Of a DNA stretch of 64,000 bases, positions 55,974 to 62,579 are shown in pieces; the stretch's first letter is position 1, and the number at the start of each line of letters is the position of its first letter. The notes below the pieces were generated by a model. That model did not search any database and was not told the origin of the DNA. It saw nothing but the letters and a program-made list of their open reading frames with translations. Both the position numbers and the translations under genes were made by a program. The stretch covers positions 11,216 through 75,215 of the forward strand of contig JBMONN010000009.1 of NCBI GenBank assembly GCA_049323935.1. The letters run 5' to 3'. This stretch comes from Thermodesulfobacteriota bacterium (GTDB lineage: Bacteria; Desulfobacterota; Desulfobulbia; Desulfobulbales; SURF-16).

Positions 55974-56333
55974 TCAGTGGATGATGGAGTCATCCGGCAG
56001 GATGGCGATGCGATTGACCAGCAGCAGGATGTCTTTTTTGGTTTTCGGCGGCACGTCGACAAATTTTACTCCCATGCCCCGATCGATTTCCGGTCCGTCC
56101 AGGTTGACCCACGCCACCTCCGCACTGACCTTGATCTCCTTGGACAGGCCGATGGCAAAATCCACCAGAACCCTTTCTCCCCTGGAGACCGGCCGTGCGG
56201 TGTTGATGAACATGCCGTCCGCCGAGATGTCACGGGTAAAGGAGATCAGATAGTCACCTTCATGCAGGACGGTGACGTCAAACTGAACGGGAATGCGGGT
56301 GCTTTTCCGTTTTTCTTTTTTGTTGCTTGTCAT
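55974..56333 (-). CDS. PilZ domain protein
   Basis: RKSTRIPV (RxxxR) and DISADGMF (DxSxxG) c-di-GMP-binding motifs. Confidence 0.8.
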   Translation of the reverse strand: MTSNKKEKRKSTRIPVQFDVTVLHEGDYLISFTRDISADGMFINTARPVSRGERVLVDFAIGLSKEIKVSAEVAWVNLDGPEIDRGMGVKFVDVPPKTKKDILLLVNRIAILPDDSIIH

Positions 56334-56414
56334 GGCCGGGCTAAAAAAAGTTGAAGGGACAAAAGATATTCGTATTTTCTACCACATCGCCGGCGAGAAG
56401 ACAAAAAAATCCCT

Positions 56415-56771
56415 TTATTTTTTGAAAAAAACATAGGCGGCCAGGCCGACCAGGATAACGGCGAAGATCTTTTTGAAACCGGCGGTGGAGATGTGCTCCA
56501 CCAGGCGGGCGCCAAGCTGGGCACCGGCGATGCCGCCGAGACCAAGGAGGATGCCGGCCCGGTAATCAACATTGGCCAGTTTGTTGTGGGCAAGCAGGGC
56601 GGAGAGGGCGATGACCAGGATCGCCACGAACGAGGTGCCCACCGCCTTTTGCGCCGTATAGCCGAGATAAAGGAGGAGGGGGACGACGAGAAAGCCGCCG
56701 CCCAGTCCGGTGAAGGCGGCACCGATGCCGACGACGATGCCGCTGCAGAGCAGCAGAAAAGATTGACTCAT
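56415..56771 (-). CDS. Half-size TauE/SafE-family membrane protein (118 aa)
   Basis: GIGAAFTGLGGGFLVVPLLLYLG...KAVGTS and GGIAGAQLGARL motifs. Three to four TM helices only. ATGA overlap with the comM stop. Confidence 0.7.
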   Translation of the reverse strand: MSQSFLLLCSGIVVGIGAAFTGLGGGFLVVPLLLYLGYTAQKAVGTSFVAILVIALSALLAHNKLANVDYRAGILLGLGGIAGAQLGARLVEHISTAGFKKIFAVILVGLAAYVFFKK

Positions 56772-58303
56772 GGTAAACGGTTCCTTTCCAGTCGCCGGTA
56801 TTGGATGGCCTCGGCGACGTGGTCGGGACCGATGGCTTCCTGCCCGGCCAGGTCGGCGATGGTGCGGGCGATTTTTAATATGCGGTGATAGGCACGGGCA
56901 GAGAGGCCGAGCCGCGCCATCCCCTTTTCCAGCAGGGCAAGGGAACCTCTGTCTAGCACGCAGAATTTCTTGAGATCCCGGCTGCCCATCTGGCTGTTGC
57001 TGAAAAGCCCTTTTCTGCCCCGGAAGCGGCGGTGCTGGATCGCCCGGGCCGCCATCACCCGTTGCTTGATCTCCCGCGAACTCTCCCCCTCCTTGGCCGC
57101 TGCCACCTCCTGAAAGGGAACCGCCGGTACCTCCAGGTGAAGGTCGATGCGGTCGAGCAGCGGGCCGGAGAGCTTTTCCTCGTAACGTCTGATTTGCGGC
57201 GGGGTGCAGGAGCAGACGTGGCGGGCATCGCCGAGATAGCCGCACGGACACGGATTGAGGGCCGCCACCAGCACGAAACGGGCCGGAAAGGTAAGGCTGG
57301 CCGAGGCGCGGGCAATGGTCACCCGGCCGTCTTCCAGCGGTTGCCGTAAAACCTCCAGGACATTTTTCTTGAATTCCGGCAGCTCATCGAGAAAGAGGAC
57401 GCCGTTATGGGCCAGGGAAACCTCGCCCGGCCGGGGGATGTTGCCGCCGCCGATCAGTCCGGCATCGGAAATGGTGTGATGGGGGGCGCGGAAGGGCCGT
57501 TGCAGCATCAGGCTGCACCCTTCCGGCAGCAGACCGCAGACGCTGTAGATCTTGGTGGTTTCCAGCGCCTCCTCGAAGCTCAGATCCGGCAGGATGGTCG
57601 GCAGGCGGCGGGACAGCATGGTCTTGCCCGATCCCGGCGGACCGCTCAACAGCACGTTGTGGTCGCCGGCGGCCGCCACCTCCAGGGCGCGTTTGACATG
57701 CTCCTGACCCTTGACCTCGCAAAAGTCGATCGGGTAGGCGTCCTCCCCGGCCCGCAGAGCGTCCAGGTCGGCGACCGAGGAGGGGATCTCGAGCCGGCTC
57801 GCCAGAAAATCCACCGCCTGATGAAGAAAGCTGATGCCGATGACAGCAATGCCCTGCACTACAGCCGCTTCCGGGGCATTGGCAGCCGGCACCAGAATGC
57901 CGGTGCGTCCTTGTTTGCGGGCGGCCAGCACCATGGGCAGAATGCCGGGTACGGGCCGAATGGCGCCGTCCAGGGAAAGTTCGCCGACCATGGCATAGAA
58001 GGGAAGTTGGTCATGGGGGAGAATCTCTTCGGCGGCCAGGATACCGACGGCAATGGGCAGATCGAAACCGGTACCAGCCTTTTTGATGTCCGCGGGGGCG
58101 AGATTGACCGTGATCTTTTTACCGGGAAACTCATAGCCGCTGTTCTTGATGGCGGCCCGCACCCGGTCCTTGCTTTCCCGCACCGCCCCTTCGGCCAGCC
58201 CCACCGTGGAGAAAAGCGGCAGACCGAAGACGATATCCACCTCCACCTCCACCGGCAGGGCGTCGACACCGAAAACCGTGCTGGTATGAATCTTGGCGAG
58301 CAT
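56768..58303 (-). CDS. comM: YifB/ComM-family Mg-chelatase-like AAA+ ATPase
   Basis: VEVDI..GLP.F..VGL....V.ES..RV..A..NSG..FP..KITVNLAPAD.KK.G..FDLP.A. Walker A GPPGSGKTM. HNGVLFLDELPEF. C-terminal SARAYHRILKIARTIADL. Confidence 0.92.
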   Translation of the reverse strand: MLAKIHTSTVFGVDALPVEVEVDIVFGLPLFSTVGLAEGAVRESKDRVRAAIKNSGYEFPGKKITVNLAPADIKKAGTGFDLPIAVGILAAEEILPHDQLPFYAMVGELSLDGAIRPVPGILPMVLAARKQGRTGILVPAANAPEAAVVQGIAVIGISFLHQAVDFLASRLEIPSSVADLDALRAGEDAYPIDFCEVKGQEHVKRALEVAAAGDHNVLLSGPPGSGKTMLSRRLPTILPDLSFEEALETTKIYSVCGLLPEGCSLMLQRPFRAPHHTISDAGLIGGGNIPRPGEVSLAHNGVLFLDELPEFKKNVLEVLRQPLEDGRVTIARASASLTFPARFVLVAALNPCPCGYLGDARHVCSCTPPQIRRYEEKLSGPLLDRIDLHLEVPAVPFQEVAAAKEGESSREIKQRVMAARAIQHRRFRGRKGLFSNSQMGSRDLKKFCVLDRGSLALLEKGMARLGLSARAYHRILKIARTIADLAGQEAIGPDHVAEAIQYRRLERNRLP

Positions 58304-58310
58304 TCTTTGA

Positions 58311-58655
58311 TCAGCCTTTGCCCGCCAGCGCCTCGTACATGGCTGTATTGAAGCCCAGGTAAAATGTCCTGCCGATCCGCAGGGTCGGGGCGCGCAGGGT
58401 GCCGCTGCGGCCGAGCGCCCCTTTCAGGATCTCCTCTCGGTTGTCGGTGTCCGGGGTGAACTCTTTTGTTTTCCGGCCACTGGCAATGAGGATCGTCTCG
58501 CCGCCGGAGAGCATTGACCAGGCGGTTTCCCGATCAATAGGGTGTTTCCGTGCATCGACTTCGGTGATGATTTCCACTTCAGAACTCCCAAGAGCCTCCT
58601 GGGCTTTCGCGCAGGACGTTCAGCCCTTTCTGAAATAGCCCCAATCGATTTTCAT
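58311..58655 (-). CDS. ArsC/Spx-family thioredoxin-fold protein, predicted selenoprotein (UxxC; Sec at codon 12, TGA 58622..58620)
   Basis: The track ORF starts at an internal GTG (58577). The frame continues upstream through one TGA to ATG 58655: MKIDWGYFRKG-U-TSCAKAQEALGSSEVEIITEVDARKHPI... U occupies the first Cys of the family's N-terminal CxxC-type motif. AAGGAG lies 10 nt upstream of the ATG. An alternative ATG is at 58685. Confidence 0.65.
58587..58622 (-). promoter_or_regulatory. UGA + candidate bacterial SECIS hairpin
   Basis: 16 nt after the UGA on the mRNA: CCCAGG-AGGCU-CUUGGG (58603..58587), 6 bp including one G-U, with a GG-containing apical loop. Confidence 0.45.
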
Positions 58656-58808
58656 GTCATTCGTTCTCCTTTGACCTCGAAACATGGCGTCCCCCAGCGC
58701 GGGTGAACCTGCCCGACTGCTTCATCTTTTTCTTTTTTCTACCATACTGAAATGCAAAAGATAAGGGGTGATGTTGCCCCCAGGGAAAAAATCAGATATT
58801 TTACATCC

Positions 58809-59369
58809 ATGTCATTGATAAAATTCGGCTGGATTCTGTTGCGGGAAGGACTCATCCAGAGAAAACAGATGGAGAATATCCTTAATCTCCAGGAGCGGCA
58901 CCAGGACCGGCTTTTTGGTGAACTGGCCGTCCACTATTTCGCTGTCCCCGAAGAGGAGGTCGAGGCGGTTTTCGCCAATCATGTTCTGCTTCCCTTCTGC
59001 CGCAACTGGTTTCTGGAACAACTGACACGGCGCATCACCATTACCGCGCTGGAGGGGCGGCCGTTCATCGTCGCTGTTGATCTTGTCCTGGCTTCTTTTA
59101 CCCGCAGGATCATCCGCGCCACCACCTATACGCCGGGTGACCGGGAATGCGTCCCGGTGTCGGGCAACGTCAGTCTGCTGGTCAACGGCACCTTTGCCGA
59201 AGTCGTCATCCGCACCGCCATCAACGAATCCCTCATCTTTGCCGATGTGCAGTTTGATTTTGTCAGGGAACGATTGGAGATGACGCTGGTCAATCCTCAT
59301 CTCTTCACCGAGGCAAAGATGCGACTCAATCAACTGCATAAAAAACATGCAGCAACCCAAATGCCATAG
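58809..59369 (+). CDS. Hypothetical protein with T2SS-E/MshEN-like N-terminal helix motif
   Basis: KFGWILLREGLIQRKQMENILNLQ resembles the LG.ILL..GLI...QL..AL..Q motif. The rest is unassigned. Start uncertain (58752 or 58809). No clear RBS. Confidence 0.45.
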   Translation: MSLIKFGWILLREGLIQRKQMENILNLQERHQDRLFGELAVHYFAVPEEEVEAVFANHVLLPFCRNWFLEQLTRRITITALEGRPFIVAVDLVLASFTRRIIRATTYTPGDRECVPVSGNVSLLVNGTFAEVVIRTAINESLIFADVQFDFVRERLEMTLVNPHLFTEAKMRLNQLHKKHAATQMP

Positions 59370-59388
59370 TGACGCTCTGGAGTCCGTG

Positions 59389-59604
59389 ATGCCGGAAACG
59401 ATAAAACACTTTCAACAGTATCCCTTCAAACAGGGAGACAAGATCCACATCATTGACGGTCGGCGCCGGGGTGACTGGCTGGTGGCCGCGGTTGACGAGA
59501 AAAAGGTGACCCTGCGTTGCCCGGTAAGCGGGCGGGAATTTTCCTGGGACCGCTTCTGTTATTTTGTCACGGAAGAGGAGCAGCCGTGGCCGCACCGCAC
59601 ATGA
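59389..59604 (+). CDS. Small hypothetical protein (71 aa) coupled to the CULT gene
   Basis: GGAG 6 nt before ATG 59389. Its stop overlaps the next ATG (ATGA at 59601-59604). Confidence 0.45.
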   Translation: MPETIKHFQQYPFKQGDKIHIIDGRRRGDWLVAAVDEKKVTLRCPVSGREFSWDRFCYFVTEEEQPWPHRT

Positions 59605-60038
59605 TGAGGGCAACCAGCCGGGATTACCGGTGTCCTCTGCCTGCCCTGGCACTCAATAAGAACGGCGTCCGCCAGGGCAGGGTTCGACCAGGCCGGCAAA
59701 CCGACGAGCAAGGTGATGACGGCACGGGGAACGGCTGGTTCTGCTGCCGGGTCTGCCGGACGAAAATCGTTCCCCGTTCCCGCATGATCGAGGTGAACGG
59801 CAGCCATCTCCATGTCTTTGCCAACCCCCATGGCAAGGTTTTCGAGATCAGCTGTTTTTCCGCGGCGCCCGGCTGTGTCGATCACGGGGTGCCGACCACG
59901 GAGTGCACCTGGTTTGCAGGCTGCGCCTGGCGTTTTTCCCTCTGCGTCACCTGTTCGGCCCATCTTGGCTGGCGCTATCAGTCCCCCCTGTCCGGTGTTT
60001 TCTGGGGGTTGATCCTGGCCGCGCTTGTTGAGTCGTGA
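59601..60038 (+). CDS. Cereblon-like CULT domain protein
   Basis: CCRVC ... FANPHGKVFEISCF ... TWFAGCAWRFSLCVTCSAHLGWRY ... FWGLILAAL. Two CxxC zinc pairs and the W-x5-W-x13-W-x-Y aromatic cage have cereblon spacing. Confidence 0.75.
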   Translation: MMRATSRDYRCPLPALALNKNGVRQGRVRPGRQTDEQGDDGTGNGWFCCRVCRTKIVPRSRMIEVNGSHLHVFANPHGKVFEISCFSAAPGCVDHGVPTTECTWFAGCAWRFSLCVTCSAHLGWRYQSPLSGVFWGLILAALVES

Positions 60039-60149
60039 GCAGGAACCGTCCGATTTTTTCACCGATCCGTGCAAGGTATTCGACGAACCGGTATCGGCAA
60101 TGCTACAATACCCCATAACCATATCACACTGTAACCAGGGAGGCGGCGT

Positions 60150-60761
60150 ATGTGCACAGACGGAGTCCGACAGGCAATGGTGGAGCGCAGGGCGGTCAAG
60201 GGTTTTGATCCGACCCATGTCATGAGTGAGGCGGAGAAAAAAACGCTGTTCGAGCACGCCTTTCTCGCGCCATCCGCCTTTAACATCCAACACTGGCGGG
60301 TGGTGAGCGTCGAGGATAAGAGACTGCGGGCTCAGATCCGCGAACAGGCCTGGAATCAGCCCCAGGTTACCGATGCCTCCCTGCTGCTTGTCCTCTGCAT
60401 GGATGCCGCTGCCTGGAAAAAGGAACCGGCCCGTTACTGGCAGGGGGTGCCGCAGGAGGCCCTTGACATCATCCTGCCCAGTCTCCATGCCTATTATGAC
60501 GGCAAACCCCAGGTCCAGCGCGACGAGTGTTTCCGGTCCTGCGGTATTCTCGCCATGGCGCTGATGCTCATCGCCCGGGACATGGGCTATGAATCGTGTC
60601 CCATGGACGGTTTCGATTTCGACGCGGTGGCGCGGCTGATCAACCTGCCGGCCGACCATGTCGTCGGTATGATGGTGGCCATCGGCAAGGGCACGGTGGC
60701 TCCCTATCCCCGCTTCGGCAAGCTTCCCATCAACGAAGTGCTCATCACCGATCATTTCTGA
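60150..60761 (+). CDS. Nitroreductase family protein
   Basis: ERRAVKGFDP, APSAFNIQHWR, GYESCPMDGFD. GGGAGG RBS. Confidence 0.8.
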   Translation: MCTDGVRQAMVERRAVKGFDPTHVMSEAEKKTLFEHAFLAPSAFNIQHWRVVSVEDKRLRAQIREQAWNQPQVTDASLLLVLCMDAAAWKKEPARYWQGVPQEALDIILPSLHAYYDGKPQVQRDECFRSCGILAMALMLIARDMGYESCPMDGFDFDAVARLINLPADHVVGMMVAIGKGTVAPYPRFGKLPINEVLITDHF

Positions 60762-60778
60762 AAGAGAAGCCTCTTTTT

Positions 60779-62440
60779 ATGAACGCCGCACAGCTTTTTG
60801 TCAGATGTCTGGAAAACGAAGGGGTGGAGTATGTCTTCGGGGTGCCGGGCGAGGAAAACGCCCATGTCATGATGGCCCTGCAGGACTCCTCCATCCGTTT
60901 TGTCCTCTGTCGCCACGAGCAGGGCGCGGCCTTTATCGCTGATGTCTACGGTCGGCTGACCGGCCGGCCCGGCGTCTGTCTCGGCACCCTGGGCCCCGGG
61001 GCCACCAATCTGGTCACCGGGGTGGCGGACGCCAACATGGACCGCTCGCCGCTGGTGGTCATCACTGGTCAGGCGGACAGTCGCCGCCAACACAAGGAGA
61101 GCCACCAGAATATGGATGTGGTGCGGATGTTCAGGCCCATCACCAAATGGGCTCAGCCGATCATCCACAGCAAGAATATCCCCGAAGTGGTGCGCAAGGC
61201 CTTCAAGCTGGCTACCATGGAAAAACCGGGGGCCTGTCATATCGAATTGGCCGACGATATCGCCGCCGCCGAGGCCACCGGCACCCCCCTGCCGGTGCGC
61301 AACCTTCGTCGGCCGGTTCCGGACGACAAGATCGTCGATCAGGCGATGGAGCTGATTGTCGCCGCCAAACGACCGATCATCCTCGCCGGCAATGGCGCCA
61401 TCCGGCGGCGGGCGGCCAAACAGCTGCGGAAATTCGTCGAAAAGACCGGCATCGGCGTCATCACCACCTTCATGGGCAAGGGCTCGGTGCCCCGCACCTC
61501 GGCGCAGTGTCTGTTCACCATCGGCCTGCAGGCCCACGATTACACCCGGGTGGCGATCCAGGAGGCTGATCTTGTCATTACCTTGGGCTATGACCTGGTG
61601 GAATACGAACCCAGGCTGTGGGGACAGAGTTCGATCAAGGGAGGAAAAACGCAGAAGATCATCCACATCGATTTCATTCCGGCGGAGGTCGATGAGTATT
61701 ATGGCGTGGATGTGGAGATCGTCGGCGACCTGGCCCATACCCTGTGGATGATGAATGAGCGAATCACGGATTTTCGTCCGCGCTATGACTGCGGTTGTCA
61801 GCCGGCCCTGCGTCAGGCCATGCTCCTTGATTTTGCCGAATATTGCGATGATGACAGCATCGGCTCCGTCCGACCGCAGAAGATCATCTGGGATATACGC
61901 CAGGTGCTGGGGCCTGAAGATATTCTGCTGAGCGATGTCGGTGCGCACAAGATGTGGATTGCCCGCTACTACCAGTGCGACGAGCCCAATACCTGCCTCA
62001 TCTCCAACGGCTTCTGCTCCATGGGTTTTGCCTTGCCCGGCGCCATCGGCGCCAAGCTTGTCCATCCGGGGCGTCGGGTGCTGGCGGTCTGCGGCGACGG
62101 CGGTTTTCTCATGAATGTCCAGGAGCTGGAAACGGCCCGCCGCATCGGCGCCAATATCGTCGTCCTCATCTGGGAGGACCATGAATACGGGCTGATCCGC
62201 TGGAAGCAGGACAACCAGTTCGGCCGCCACTCTGATCTCCGTTTCGGCAATCCCGATTTTGTCAAGCTGGCCGAGGCCTTCGGCTGCAAGGGCTTTCGGG
62301 TGGAGAACTCCCGTGATTTCAAGGGGGTGCTGGAACAGGCCTTTCACTGCGACGTGCCGGTGTTGATCGCGGTGTCCGTCGATTACCGGGAAAACCGCCT
62401 GCTGTCCGAGCGGCTCGGCAAGGTGGCGTGTCCGATATGA
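60779..62440 (+). CDS. Thiamine-diphosphate enzyme, acetolactate synthase large-subunit-like
   Basis: LENEGVEYVFGVPGEEN, RHEQGAAFIADVYGRLTG.PGVCLGTLGPGATNLVTGVADA..DRSP, and the TPP motif GDGGFLMNVQELETA. Confidence 0.85.
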   Translation: MNAAQLFVRCLENEGVEYVFGVPGEENAHVMMALQDSSIRFVLCRHEQGAAFIADVYGRLTGRPGVCLGTLGPGATNLVTGVADANMDRSPLVVITGQADSRRQHKESHQNMDVVRMFRPITKWAQPIIHSKNIPEVVRKAFKLATMEKPGACHIELADDIAAAEATGTPLPVRNLRRPVPDDKIVDQAMELIVAAKRPIILAGNGAIRRRAAKQLRKFVEKTGIGVITTFMGKGSVPRTSAQCLFTIGLQAHDYTRVAIQEADLVITLGYDLVEYEPRLWGQSSIKGGKTQKIIHIDFIPAEVDEYYGVDVEIVGDLAHTLWMMNERITDFRPRYDCGCQPALRQAMLLDFAEYCDDDSIGSVRPQKIIWDIRQVLGPEDILLSDVGAHKMWIARYYQCDEPNTCLISNGFCSMGFALPGAIGAKLVHPGRRVLAVCGDGGFLMNVQELETARRIGANIVVLIWEDHEYGLIRWKQDNQFGRHSDLRFGNPDFVKLAEAFGCKGFRVENSRDFKGVLEQAFHCDVPVLIAVSVDYRENRLLSERLGKVACPI

Positions 62441-62444
62441 CGGG

Positions 62445-62566
62445 GGATTTTCGATTTCGGATTGCGGATTTCGGATTTCGGATTGTGGAATTGAGAGCGG
62501 AAACAACGGAAAATCCAGCCCCCTTTCCGTTGCAATCCGCAACCACCATTCCGCATTCCGCAATCC
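62445..62566. repeat. GGATTKCGGA-repeat hairpin element
   Basis: Left arm GGATTTTCGATTTCGGATTGCGGATTTCGGATTTCGGATTGTGGAATTG. Right arm CAATCCGCAACCACCATTCCGCATTCCGCAATCC, an imperfect inverse. Central perfect 9-bp stem CAACGGAAA (62504-62512) / TTTCCGTTG (62524-62532). Confidence 0.75.
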
Positions 62567-62579
62567 TGAAGGGTGGTGA

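Noticed and set aside
58656-58685. Mini-ORF ATG-ACA-TGA (58660..58652) and upstream ATG 58685 as alternative starts of the ArsC-like gene
   Set aside because: The mini-ORF is 2 codons and out of frame. ATG 58685 would add MFRGQRRTND before the beta1 strand, which is atypical for the family, though it cannot be excluded without N-terminal data.
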